Below are positions 36,168 to 45,677 of a DNA stretch of 52,582 nucleotides, in pieces (positions within the stretch are counted from its first letter, which is position 1; every line of letters starts with the position of its first letter). The translations under genes were made by a program, and so were the position numbers. This DNA is from a virus. Lineage: Duplodnaviria; Caudoviricetes. The stretch is taken from positions 1 through 52,582 of the IMG/VR virus record IMGVR_UViG_3300013006_001903; one strand, 5' to 3'. Under the pieces are notes generated by a model. That model saw only the letters and a program-made list of their open reading frames with translations, was not told the DNA's origin and ran no database searches.

Positions 36168-36970
36168 CGATAATTCCTTAGTCCTTGTTCAACGCCAATC
36201 ATATCAAATTTATAACTTTCTAGCCTACTGCTATTTCCAGTTAGGTCGCATTCATTATACCCGGCAATAGAGATTTTATCTCTAGCAAGACCTAAATGAT
36301 CACACAGATGATACGCTAGTTCGCTTAGACGATATTTATAGGGGTATACCATGTTGATGTCTCGGTGTTGAGCATTGCCCTCTAGTATACATTTGATCAT
36401 AGGCATAATATCTGGTAGGTACATGTAGTCTAGAAATTGATCGTTATTGATCACAACCTGGTACTGGTTGAGTACTCGTTTAAAGAATCTTCGATCACTT
36501 TCAGTTTCATGAAACACACCAAACAATCGCAAATTGTAGAAGCTTTCAGTATCTCTGATCACTCTGGCAATTAGATTCTTGGCATATCCATAACTGGTAG
36601 TAGGCAAGTGATTGATAAATTCTTCTTCATGCACCAATGAATTGTTTCTGTTTAGATCAAATTCATAGGCTGTTCCAAGATTTATCAAGGACTGAAACCG
36701 ATGTTTTTGCAACCAAAGATTTCTAAACATTAGCAGTCCATCTGACAAATAGACTGGATCGATACTAAACAGCACTTCTCTACCAGTTAATGCACAATGT
36801 ATCACAGCATCGACCTGGTTATTGTCGAACCATTTTTCTACATCAGCTGTATTTTGTAAATCCAATTCTTGGTGGGATGGAGTTAACACTTCATATATGT
36901 TGGATAATGCACTGGCAATAAACCCACCGACGTACCCTCGTCCACCTGTAACTAATACTCGTTTAATCAT
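36164..36970 (-). CDS. NAD-dependent sugar epimerase/reductase
   Basis: VTGGRGYVG, YGYAK (YxxxK). Confidence 0.8.
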   Translation of the reverse strand: MIKRVLVTGGRGYVGGFIASALSNIYEVLTPSHQELDLQNTADVEKWFDNNQVDAVIHCALTGREVLFSIDPVYLSDGLLMFRNLWLQKHRFQSLINLGTAYEFDLNRNNSLVHEEEFINHLPTTSYGYAKNLIARVIRDTESFYNLRLFGVFHETESDRRFFKRVLNQYQVVINNDQFLDYMYLPDIMPMIKCILEGNAQHRDINMVYPYKYRLSELAYHLCDHLGLARDKISIAGYNECDLTGNSSRLESYKFDMIGVEQGLRNYR

Positions 36971-37724
36971 ATTTAGGAAGATAATTTTTAATGTTTTCGA
37001 CAGCATTTGAAACAATTAGATGCTGCCATTTTTCTTGATTTTCTATTACGCTTTTGGGAAAATATTCATCTACAACAACAGGTAAAAATGACTCATGAGA
37101 CTGTGTCAACTCTTTATCGAGATTAGAAAAATTCCATCCTGCATTTTGTATACTCATTTTTTTGATGTCTTTAAACTGTTCGGATATATTGGCCGTAAAC
37201 CAGCTGCGTAGATCCCTCATTTGTTGTGGAGTAGGAATCTTACCTTTAGTTGCAGCCATAGTACCAATGTCATATCCTAGAGGTTCTTTTTGCCAATAAT
37301 TTAATTTTGCACAAAAAACAGGTTGTCTACACACCCATAAGAATCTATCAGGGGAATCGTCATATCTTACTAGATCAAATGTGCTGGGTCTAATGAGTTC
37401 GCAACAATCAGATATAAAAATAACATCGTTGCTATCTGCTGACTGAAATCCTCTTGACAATGCGTTCATTAGATGATGCTCTCTTCCTTTTTCATCTGAA
37501 AACTCTGGCATGTCATCAACCTTAATATAGACAATTTTGTCATGATATTTAGAATATCTTCCCCAGTTTTCTTCTAGAATGAAGGGCCTAGCATTACCTT
37601 GAAAATCGGTATTTGCCTCGGCAATAACAAAATAGTCCACATGATCATATTGTTCTTCTAGGCGTAGTTCTAACAGGTCTAATTCATTAAAAAATGTAAA
37701 GCAGTCATAGATTTTTCTTGTCAT
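36963..37724 (-). CDS. GT17-like glycosyltransferase (divergent copy)
   Basis: YDCFTFFNELDLL..R; SDCCE in place of SDxDE; shortened after GWNFS. Confidence 0.7.
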   Translation of the reverse strand: MTRKIYDCFTFFNELDLLELRLEEQYDHVDYFVIAEANTDFQGNARPFILEENWGRYSKYHDKIVYIKVDDMPEFSDEKGREHHLMNALSRGFQSADSNDVIFISDCCELIRPSTFDLVRYDDSPDRFLWVCRQPVFCAKLNYWQKEPLGYDIGTMAATKGKIPTPQQMRDLRSWFTANISEQFKDIKKMSIQNAGWNFSNLDKELTQSHESFLPVVVDEYFPKSVIENQEKWQHLIVSNAVENIKNYLPKYD

Positions 37725-37789
37725 TTTTTACTCCATGGTGTATGTTAACATATACTTATCTAAATGATCAATGTTATTTAGGCCCATAT

Positions 37790-38662
37790 TTATTTGTAAA
37801 TTTCATCTAAATCTAATGAAGGAACATAATTTCTTATGCTGATACTAGCATTAGGTATGATAGAATCCTTCCAGCGATTCAAATTGTTTAGCACGGTTTT
37901 TGGAAAATATTCATCTATTTCAACATATTCAAATCTTTCAGGAGTATTTGATTCAAAGAATATTTTTTCTGCAATATTTTTCTCTACATCTAAATTGTTA
38001 ACATAATGCTGTGCTTCTGTATGAGAGAAGCTCATTAGCTTTTCAGCGGCATTTTTAGTATCACCAAAGAATGTAAAATGCCACCCCGAGTGCTGAATTG
38101 TGCAGACATCATTGCTATTAAAATCCCAAGGTTGGGCAAATGCCCACCCTATAATGTTATTTCGAAGACTTTGAAAATCTTTAAAATCTCTCTTGACAAT
38201 AGCTATTGGATTTACATGGTATGACTTTGGTACAACCATAAGATAATTTAATTTATATAAAAATGCAGGAAGTCTGCACATCCAAAATTTATGAGTTAGG
38301 TCGTTGCGTAAAATATCAAGGGTTCTTGGCCTCAGTACTTCGTCGCAATCACTTAATAATATAACATCGTTATCGTCTGCACCAACTATACCTCTAACAA
38401 GTGAGTTTCGTTGGTGGAATTCTCTTGCCCAGGCATTGTTGCCTGAAGGCATGTCGTCTACTTTAATGTATATTATTTTATCGTGGAACGGTTTAAATCT
38501 TTCCCAGTTGTCCTCTAGATTGTATCTTTTTGGAATTCCAGTGAATGTAGTGTTTGCTTCTGCAATTACAAAGTAATCAGCAGCATTGTAACACTCAGTT
38601 AATCTTAATTCTAATAGATCAAGCTCGTTAAAAAATGTAAAGCAGTCGTATACTTTTCTCAT
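37790..38662 (-). CDS. GT17-like glycosyltransferase
   Basis: YDCFTFFNELDLL, QRN, SDCDE, GWHFTF, SFSHTE. Confidence 0.8.
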   Translation of the reverse strand: MRKVYDCFTFFNELDLLELRLTECYNAADYFVIAEANTTFTGIPKRYNLEDNWERFKPFHDKIIYIKVDDMPSGNNAWAREFHQRNSLVRGIVGADDNDVILLSDCDEVLRPRTLDILRNDLTHKFWMCRLPAFLYKLNYLMVVPKSYHVNPIAIVKRDFKDFQSLRNNIIGWAFAQPWDFNSNDVCTIQHSGWHFTFFGDTKNAAEKLMSFSHTEAQHYVNNLDVEKNIAEKIFFESNTPERFEYVEIDEYFPKTVLNNLNRWKDSIIPNASISIRNYVPSLDLDEIYK

Positions 38663-39318
38663 TTTATTATCCGTGGAACGTAATATGGGATTTGCCTGTT
38701 TAATCTTGTTTCTAAACTAGAACCGGGCCAGTGTATTAAAAAATCTCCCGGCTCCCACCAAGATCTATTACCAAACTTATCAACCCATCCTGGTTCTGGT
38801 TGATGTTGATTTGGCCAGCAATCGTGAGAATTAATTAGATATTGAGGTATAATTTTAGTTATAGCTTTCCACTCGGGTATATCATAACTTTCAATCATTG
38901 CCTGTTGTTCTAAAAAATGGTGAGTTGCATATCTAGGAAATACTTCAATCAGATAGTCTAGGTAACTACGACCTTCGGGACTATTTCTAAAGAAACAACT
39001 ATCGTTATTCATACCATTGCCATCTGTAGCAACAATAAAATGATAGTCGTTATCAGTTAATGATTCTAGTTTGATATTAAAGTTAGTGACCAGAGTATCA
39101 CATCCTACCCACCAAAACCATTCTACTTCAGGATTAAGTTCCATCATACTTTTGATAAAATATAATTTATCATAACTCCACTGTAAATTTGGATCGTGCC
39201 CTTCTGTTTTACAGTATGCAAGATACCCATGCCTGTCTGCATATTCTTCTTTGTTAGTCCATGTCCAATCTGCTAACGCTTTATAGTTAGGAGTATGAGA
39301 TGAAATTATTGCGTACAT
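38659..39318 (-). CDS. GT34-like glycosyltransferase
   Basis: NKEEYADRHGY, WWVGCD..VTN, EQQAM, GDFLIHWPG. Confidence 0.75.
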   Translation of the reverse strand: MYAIISSHTPNYKALADWTWTNKEEYADRHGYLAYCKTEGHDPNLQWSYDKLYFIKSMMELNPEVEWFWWVGCDTLVTNFNIKLESLTDNDYHFIVATDGNGMNNDSCFFRNSPEGRSYLDYLIEVFPRYATHHFLEQQAMIESYDIPEWKAITKIIPQYLINSHDCWPNQHQPEPGWVDKFGNRSWWEPGDFLIHWPGSSLETRLNRQIPYYVPRIIK

Positions 39319-39327
39319 TCTAATTCC

Positions 39328-40269
39328 TTATAACCAGTGTTGATTTTTTAAATACCAATGAACTGTTTCTTCTAATCTTGTTAAGAACGGTTTAGGTTCA
39401 GTCCATCCTAAATCATAAAGTTTTTTAGGATCTATTGAAAAACATAGATCATGTCCGGGTCTATCTATTGGTATTAGCTTGTATTTTAATTTTTTTCCAA
39501 TGATGTTGGCTATTGCTAGGGCAAAATCTAAATTGTTTATAAATTTAGCACCTGCACTATTCCATTTTTCACACAATTGATTTTGATTTGTTAGAACAAA
39601 TCTAGTATGACTTGCTACATCTCCTGCATAGAACCATCTTCGACCACCTATTACATTATTGCTTACATGTATGTCAAGTTCTTCATCGGTTAAAACTTTT
39701 TTAATTATGATAACAGGTAACCTATTTGATTGACATCTAGAACCAAAAGTATTGTTTATATGAAAAATACTTACGGGTATATTAAATGATTTAGAATAGG
39801 CCAAGCATAGTTCTTCGCCTGCTGCCTTAGTAGCAGCATATGGACTATTACTGTTATAAGCATCATATTCTCCACTGTCAGATCCAATGGCAATTGGCCC
39901 AAAAACTTCACTAGAACTATAATAAACAAATCTTTTTAGGGTTAGTTTTCTTGATAGTTCTAATAGATGTGCTGTTCCTAGTACATTGTCGTTTACTGAC
40001 AGTATGGGATTATTTAAACTATCCGCAGCACTTGGATTCCCCCCAGCATGTAATATTATATCTACATCCATTAGCTGGTCTGCAATACTGTCAAGTGGAT
40101 ATCTTATATCATGTTCTATGATTTTAATTTTGTCAATATTCTCTTCTAATCTTGACAGATTTTTAGAATCGGGACGAACAAGACAAATTAGTTCATGATC
40201 ATTTATAAATTCTTGAACTAGGTAATGTCCTATAAATCCGGTGCCTCCGGTTATTAAAACTCTCTTCAT
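39328..40269 (-). CDS. NDP-sugar epimerase/dehydratase
   Basis: TGGTGFIG, SSSEVFG, SPYAATK, RPGHD. Confidence 0.82.
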   Translation of the reverse strand: MKRVLITGGTGFIGHYLVQEFINDHELICLVRPDSKNLSRLEENIDKIKIIEHDIRYPLDSIADQLMDVDIILHAGGNPSAADSLNNPILSVNDNVLGTAHLLELSRKLTLKRFVYYSSSEVFGPIAIGSDSGEYDAYNSNSPYAATKAAGEELCLAYSKSFNIPVSIFHINNTFGSRCQSNRLPVIIIKKVLTDEELDIHVSNNVIGGRRWFYAGDVASHTRFVLTNQNQLCEKWNSAGAKFINNLDFALAIANIIGKKLKYKLIPIDRPGHDLCFSIDPKKLYDLGWTEPKPFLTRLEETVHWYLKNQHWL

Positions 40270-40802
40270 TTGCCGTAGTCTGGGAACTCGACAACAATGG
40301 TACTGCGTCCATCTGTTCTATTGTAGGCCTTTTGATATGCAGGCATAATATTTTGAATGTTGTTACATTCAATAACCTCGATGGTTTTGCACATCAATCG
40401 AAATGCGTGTGAAAAATTACCCTTATGTTGATCTTGGGGATCAACTGGAAACTGAGATCCGACTGCTACTCGAATAATGACTTTTGGGGTACAACCATCG
40501 CCCATAAGCATCATCTTATCTAAGTGATTGACAATTTGATCAGTAGCACACAATAAGAAATTCCAGCGTGGGACTACACTAACAGGAACAAATCCATTAA
40601 GTGCAAGTCCTGTACTGATGCCAATTTGTAAATTTTCAGCAACGGGCAATTCTAATTTTTTAGAATCAGGAACTTCGACTAGACTATCATAACAGCCTGT
40701 GCCACCATAACGGACAGCCTGGCCTAGGAAAATTGTATCTGCTTGTTCGCCGAGCCAATTCATTGCTCGTTTCAGTTCATCATTATAAAGTTTAGTAGTC
40801 AT
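40266..40802 (-). CDS. TPP-enzyme beta subunit (transketolase/PDH E1-beta pyrimidine-binding domain)
   Basis: ELPVAENLQIG..GLAL.G, DQIVNH, QH. Confidence 0.8.
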   Translation of the reverse strand: MTTKLYNDELKRAMNWLGEQADTIFLGQAVRYGGTGCYDSLVEVPDSKKLELPVAENLQIGISTGLALNGFVPVSVVPRWNFLLCATDQIVNHLDKMMLMGDGCTPKVIIRVAVGSQFPVDPQDQHKGNFSHAFRLMCKTIEVIECNNIQNIMPAYQKAYNRTDGRSTIVVEFPDYGK

Positions 40803-41425
40803 TAAAATTGCACCCTTACACCAGCTCCGGCATGTGGGTATTTTTCGTTCTTATATTTGTAGTAGATCAATTTTGAACCTTCATACCATGATGTATTTTG
40901 TACAGGTAGATACCATTTTTCTCCTCCCCACACTTCGTTGGTTGGAGTCATAACACTAAGCCCATTATCTTCTACAATAAAGGTAATGGGTAGATCTTGT
41001 GCAATAGCGTATCTGTATGCTTCACTCCAGGCACCGGTCTCGGCACTCATATCTCCAGTCCAGCACCACACTTTCTCGCCAGTTCCTTTTAGCTTGGCTG
41101 CCAATGCAAGTCCTGTGGCAATGCTGGGAATACCTCCTACTATACTAGAGCATACTATTTTGTATTCGGGCAAATTCATAACCATGCTTTTGCCCTGTAT
41201 GATCTTTTCTTTCAGATATTCTGGCGGAACGCCTTTCAGCAGTGCCTGATAATGATTTCTCCATGTGCAACAGACCCAATCATTTTCAACATCTATTTTT
41301 TTAAAAATTTCAATGAGCTGATCCTCGTTGCCTGAATAAAGATGAATCGGTGCTCGAATTTGTGCGGCATTGAATAGAGCACCGATCTCGGACTCAAAGT
41401 TAACTAACCCTTCTTTGGTAATCAC
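40802..41425 (-). CDS. TPP-enzyme alpha subunit (PDH E1-alpha-like)
   Basis: HLYSGNE, WRNH, SIVGG, GD...EDN TPP motif. Confidence 0.8.
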   Translation of the reverse strand: MITKEGLVNFESEIGALFNAAQIRAPIHLYSGNEDQLIEIFKKIDVENDWVCCTWRNHYQALLKGVPPEYLKEKIIQGKSMVMNLPEYKIVCSSIVGGIPSIATGLALAAKLKGTGEKVWCWTGDMSAETGAWSEAYRYAIAQDLPITFIVEDNGLSVMTPTNEVWGGEKWYLPVQNTSWYEGSKLIYYKYKNEKYPHAGAGVRVQF

Positions 41426-41434
41426 GGCAGACCC

Positions 41435-42757
41435 TTAGGAAACAAAAAGGCTCATAAACCCATCAACCTTTTCTCCAATGTAGGCAATCTGCTGAGGAGT
41501 AATCACCGGACTGGTTCCATGGAAGAAAGTGTTTTTCATAACATGAGTGGCTACCGGGAAATTGTCTCGAGCATCAGCAGGCTTCATCAAGTGACTGTAT
41601 GCAGGCTGCAACATGATATTGCCAGCAAAATATGGACGAGTTTGAATTAGATTTTCCTCTAGGTAGTCAACAATGTCATTGCGTTTGAAAGGTGCATCCT
41701 TTCTAATGGTCAGTGGGAAAGCAAACCAACTGGGATCTGCCTTGGCTCTAGCCCGAGGCAAGTGGAAAAACTCTTCGTATTTTTCATAGATACTAAACAG
41801 CAATTTGTAGTTGCGACGTCGTAGAGCATGAATTTCATCCAGCTTCTCTAATTGAATCAATCCCATAGCACTTTGCATTTCAATTGGTTTAAGGTTATAG
41901 CCAATCTCATCATAGACATACTTGTGATCAAAGATCTCTCCTGGCATTTCAGGAATCCATTCTGAGAATCTCTGTTTACAAGTTCCGTTCTTAAGTTTGT
42001 TGGCATCTGGTCCAATGCAGTAGCAACCACGACCCCACTCACGGAAGCTGCGTAGAATAACTTCCTGTGCAGGGGTTTTACAAGCAACAAATCCACCTTC
42101 TCCCATGGTCATATGATGTGCTGGATAGAAACTGCATGACGCCATTTCTCCATGGCTACCTAACGGTTTGCCATCATAGGTTGACCCTAGTGCATCACAA
42201 CAATCTTCTAACAGAATAAGATCATAGGCCTTGACCAATTGCATAAGCCTATCCATATCTGGACTATTGCCTAGCACGTGAGCAAATGTGATAACCTTAA
42301 TGTCTGGATTGGCCTGTAGCACCTGTTCGACCTGATCTACATCTAGGTTCAGGGTATCTAGCTCAATGTCTACAAACACAGGAGTAAACCCCACCTGTAG
42401 AGTAGGATTAAGTGTAGTAGGAAAACCTGCAATGGGCATCAGTACCTTAGTACCTTTTGGCAAATGATATCCACGCTTGCTGGTTAAACTAGACATCATC
42501 AGTAGGTTAGCACTAGATCCTGAATTGGTCAATACCCCATGATTCTTGTTAAATTGTTGTGGGAATTTTTGCTCGAACCTCATGCTCTTATTGCCCATGA
42601 CTAACCAGCCACCTAACAGGGTTTCGGCTGCGGCTACAATTTCTTCTGACGAAAAATAAGGTCCAGCATAGTTAACAAAGTCCTTGCCCGGTATCCAGGT
42701 TTTGCCGGCGTCTCTCTGTTCGACAAATTGTTTGATTTGATCTAAAATTTCTTTCAT
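41435..42757 (-). CDS. rfbH: CDP-4-keto-6-deoxyglucose 3-dehydrase (E1)
   Basis: NSGSSANL, EDCCDALG, SFYPAHH.TMGEGG (His in place of the PLP Lys), WGRGCYC, DHKY. Confidence 0.88.
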   Translation of the reverse strand: MKEILDQIKQFVEQRDAGKTWIPGKDFVNYAGPYFSSEEIVAAAETLLGGWLVMGNKSMRFEQKFPQQFNKNHGVLTNSGSSANLLMMSSLTSKRGYHLPKGTKVLMPIAGFPTTLNPTLQVGFTPVFVDIELDTLNLDVDQVEQVLQANPDIKVITFAHVLGNSPDMDRLMQLVKAYDLILLEDCCDALGSTYDGKPLGSHGEMASCSFYPAHHMTMGEGGFVACKTPAQEVILRSFREWGRGCYCIGPDANKLKNGTCKQRFSEWIPEMPGEIFDHKYVYDEIGYNLKPIEMQSAMGLIQLEKLDEIHALRRRNYKLLFSIYEKYEEFFHLPRARAKADPSWFAFPLTIRKDAPFKRNDIVDYLEENLIQTRPYFAGNIMLQPAYSHLMKPADARDNFPVATHVMKNTFFHGTSPVITPQQIAYIGEKVDGFMSLFVS

Positions 42758-42766
42758 GTAATTCTC

Positions 42767-43429
42767 TTATTTAGGTACGATATGTCTGACCAGTCCCATA
42801 AATTGGGATATAACGTCTAGCTTAGGAACAAAACTGCCAGCAACATGCAGAAGGAAATCTCCAGGTGCCCATTGTCCGTCGTTACCGGTTTTATCAATAG
42901 TGCTTCTATAGATATTCCAATATAACTGTTTGTACAAGAAACTGTTGAAAGTTTTTTGTGGAACAATTTTAAACAGATGACCAAATTTATCCATGTTATC
43001 GATCATGGCCTGTTGTTCCCAAAACATGTGATCATTATATTTCGGAGCCAAAGTCCAAATATATTCAAAAAATTCTCTGCTTTCTTTTGAATTTTTTAGC
43101 ATAAAACTATCGGCATTGATATCATTAATATCTTTGGCCATAATAATATGATAGTCTTCGTCGATAAAACTTTCTAGCTTAATGTAAAAATTGGTGATCA
43201 GTGTATCTGTTCCGGCCCAATATAGCCAATCGTATTCTGGGTGCTCATTCATGATATCTAGCATGAATTTGATTTTTTCGTAACTGACTACATATTGAAA
43301 ACCTTCAGTTTTAATATGATAGGGGTATCCCCAATGTTCACAATAGAGTTTTTTATTTTGTGTCCAAGTAAGATCAGCTAATTTTTGATAGTTCTGATCC
43401 CATGCTTGGCACATGGCAATTGTTGTCAT
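42767..43429 (-). CDS. GT34-like glycosyltransferase (paralogue of 38659..39318)
   Basis: NKKLYCEHWGY, WAGTD..ITN, EQQAM, GDFLLH. Confidence 0.75.
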   Translation of the reverse strand: MTTIAMCQAWDQNYQKLADLTWTQNKKLYCEHWGYPYHIKTEGFQYVVSYEKIKFMLDIMNEHPEYDWLYWAGTDTLITNFYIKLESFIDEDYHIIMAKDINDINADSFMLKNSKESREFFEYIWTLAPKYNDHMFWEQQAMIDNMDKFGHLFKIVPQKTFNSFLYKQLYWNIYRSTIDKTGNDGQWAPGDFLLHVAGSFVPKLDVISQFMGLVRHIVPK

Positions 43430-44205
43430 AGTGTTCCTTGATTTGATAATTTCATTTGTTTAAAAAGTGTTAGCATTGGCTCTCGATCATTTGGAGTTAG
43501 GTAATATGTATATTCATCCGGAAACGCTTTGCAACAATGATGAGTGCATTCGTAATCTGCGTTTTTAAATTTCTTTAATAGATCAATGCACTCTTTATAG
43601 TATAGACCCGTTGAGCTAATAGTCAACAGATTTTTATCAAAGTAATCCGGATGAATCCACCAATCTTCAAACGATTCAGTATCATTAATTTTGTGAGGTG
43701 AAGCAAGATTGGCAGTTAACAATTTAATATCGCTGAATAGTCTTACAAAACCTAGATCTTCTAATATTTTTCTAGAAGCATCTCTAAATATCTCGTTATG
43801 AATAAAAAATTCATGTTCAAATGTAACTGCTTTAAATTTTACTCCAGCAGCAATAATATTTTGTAACGCTTGAACTGTAGCTGACCCTTCTACATCTAGA
43901 GATATATAGTCAATAATTTGTCCTGCTGGAACATTGTTTTTTAGATATTCTATAAATTGAATTGAAGTAACATCTAATTGTACAAAAGGGGAAGTTCGAT
44001 TAGTACTCCAAGAGTATAAATTCTCACTATCAGTGAGATCAAACCCAACACCGGACCATCCAAACTGTTTTTCTAAAGTGTAGGAATTGCTTCCACCAAT
44101 TGGATGCCAACAACTTACATCTAAAAAAGTGCCATTGGTCTTATGATCAAACAGATTTAATATAAATTCGTCTTGTTGCTCTAGTGAATAAAACTCTATA
44201 GTCAT
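43426..44205 (-). CDS. FkbM-like methyltransferase-fold protein
   Basis: GTFLDV...SNSYTLE..GW.G, IDYISLDVE, TFEH, EDWW. Confidence 0.7.
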   Translation of the reverse strand: MTIEFYSLEQQDEFILNLFDHKTNGTFLDVSCWHPIGGSNSYTLEKQFGWSGVGFDLTDSENLYSWSTNRTSPFVQLDVTSIQFIEYLKNNVPAGQIIDYISLDVEGSATVQALQNIIAAGVKFKAVTFEHEFFIHNEIFRDASRKILEDLGFVRLFSDIKLLTANLASPHKINDTESFEDWWIHPDYFDKNLLTISSTGLYYKECIDLLKKFKNADYECTHHCCKAFPDEYTYYLTPNDREPMLTLFKQMKLSNQGTL

Positions 44206-44762
44206 AGTATTTCTTGAAATTTATAAGCATCGTCCCAGCTAGGATGGACTTGATCTCTGTCACTGATCATTGGACCTTCTAGAATATTCCATTCAATATT
44301 CAATGTTGGATCATTATACATTACACCACACTCGGTATCTTTGTTATAGTAGTTGTCCAGTTTATATCCTACAAATGTTTCAGGATGTAGAGTAACAAAC
44401 CCGTGATAAAATCCTCGTGGAATGTAGATAAATTTTGGATCATCACTGTTTATTATGATACTGCAGGTTTGTCCATATGTAGGGCTGTTAACTCTAGCAT
44501 CGATCAATACATCTTGAATACTGCCGCGTAGCACAGTAACCAACTTGGCCTGAGGCTGGTCGTTGGTCTGGGCATGCATCCCTCTTATGGTGCCTACATG
44601 AGTACTGCTACTCCAATAATCAAAAATAAATTTATTGGTAATACCTGCGTCATCTAACCAAGTTTGTCTAAAGATCTCAGTAAACCATCCTCGGTTATCG
44701 TAGAGTTTTTGTAACCGAAAAACTTTAGCGTCGGTAAGGGGTAAATCTTCTACAGTAATCAT
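44202..44762 (-). CDS. rmlC: dTDP-4-dehydrorhamnose 3,5-epimerase
   Basis: DNRGWF.E, RGMH, QAKLV, DAR..SPTYG, IPRGFYHGF, SDRD. Confidence 0.9.
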   Translation of the reverse strand: MITVEDLPLTDAKVFRLQKLYDNRGWFTEIFRQTWLDDAGITNKFIFDYWSSSTHVGTIRGMHAQTNDQPQAKLVTVLRGSIQDVLIDARVNSPTYGQTCSIIINSDDPKFIYIPRGFYHGFVTLHPETFVGYKLDNYYNKDTECGVMYNDPTLNIEWNILEGPMISDRDQVHPSWDDAYKFQEIL

Positions 44763-44763
44763 T

Positions 44764-45585
44764 TTAAAAATAGTTTCCATTAACACGGGGGAACCATACA
44801 TCACCCCATCCATGCGGGCTACGAAATGCTTCCCAATCCTTTCTGGTCTCGCTCCAAAAAGTTTTTCCTAGTCCAATAGCTATAGCCATGATTGGACTTT
44901 GATTGGCAATAACCATTTCACTGCCCTGTATAATACGTGCCATTTCCAACATGTCGGTAACAGGTTTATAAGGAACCTTACATTTGAATTGCTGGTTAAA
45001 GGTATCGCATTCTTCCTGGGTACCGAGAAATACAGCAACTTGATCTAATCCTTCATTGACCCACTTTACCCACATCTCAGGCATAGGATCACTTCCTCGG
45101 AGATACCTACCTGTTCTATTGATCACAACAGGTCTCCCAGGAATACAAATTGGCTCCATTGGATCAAGCCAAGGATCGATAATTAATTCTTTTCGATATT
45201 TTTTAATATCTAAACCGCAGACCATTCCGTAACATTCAGTTTGATTACCTTGCCAGGCTTCGGTTCGAGTTTGTGGGCTATTCGGACGAGTGGTAAATTT
45301 GTAATGGGTTCCGAGATCATAATCAACAGTTTCATTACGCCAAACATCCAGTTTGTGAACATAACTTTGATGATCCAATAACGGAAATAAAAAGTCTAAA
45401 TCTTTTTGTGTATAACGGCCGGAATGTATTCCAGCATTGACCACTCCAAAAGCATTCCAAGCCACTTCATTCATAGCGTTGAGCTTGATATAAACATCCC
45501 CTCCCCCTAGCAGTTTTACAGCAACCATGCTGTATACAGTGTCCCCAAACGTGCCGGGATGACAGAACGATAGTTTTTTATCCAT
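44764..45585 (-). CDS. GT9-like glycosyltransferase
   Basis: HPGTFGD, MLEMARIIQG..VIANQS..AIA.GLGK. Confidence 0.55.
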   Translation of the reverse strand: MDKKLSFCHPGTFGDTVYSMVAVKLLGGGDVYIKLNAMNEVAWNAFGVVNAGIHSGRYTQKDLDFLFPLLDHQSYVHKLDVWRNETVDYDLGTHYKFTTRPNSPQTRTEAWQGNQTECYGMVCGLDIKKYRKELIIDPWLDPMEPICIPGRPVVINRTGRYLRGSDPMPEMWVKWVNEGLDQVAVFLGTQEECDTFNQQFKCKVPYKPVTDMLEMARIIQGSEMVIANQSPIMAIAIGLGKTFWSETRKDWEAFRSPHGWGDVWFPRVNGNYF

Positions 45586-45620
45586 GGGATTCCTTTAAGT
45601 CTATTATTTATTTTATTAAG

Positions 45621-45668
45621 TATGCAGATAATTGCATAATGATACAGGATCAGATCCTGCAAAGTCAA
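45621..45668 (-). promoter_or_regulatory. Candidate promoter with two palindromes heading the sugar operon
   Basis: TTGACT-18-TATCAT; CAGGATC-A-GATCCTG in the spacer; TATGCA-N6-TGCATA downstream; ATAAATA at 45611-45605. Confidence 0.5.
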
Positions 45669-45677
45669 CTGTTATTA

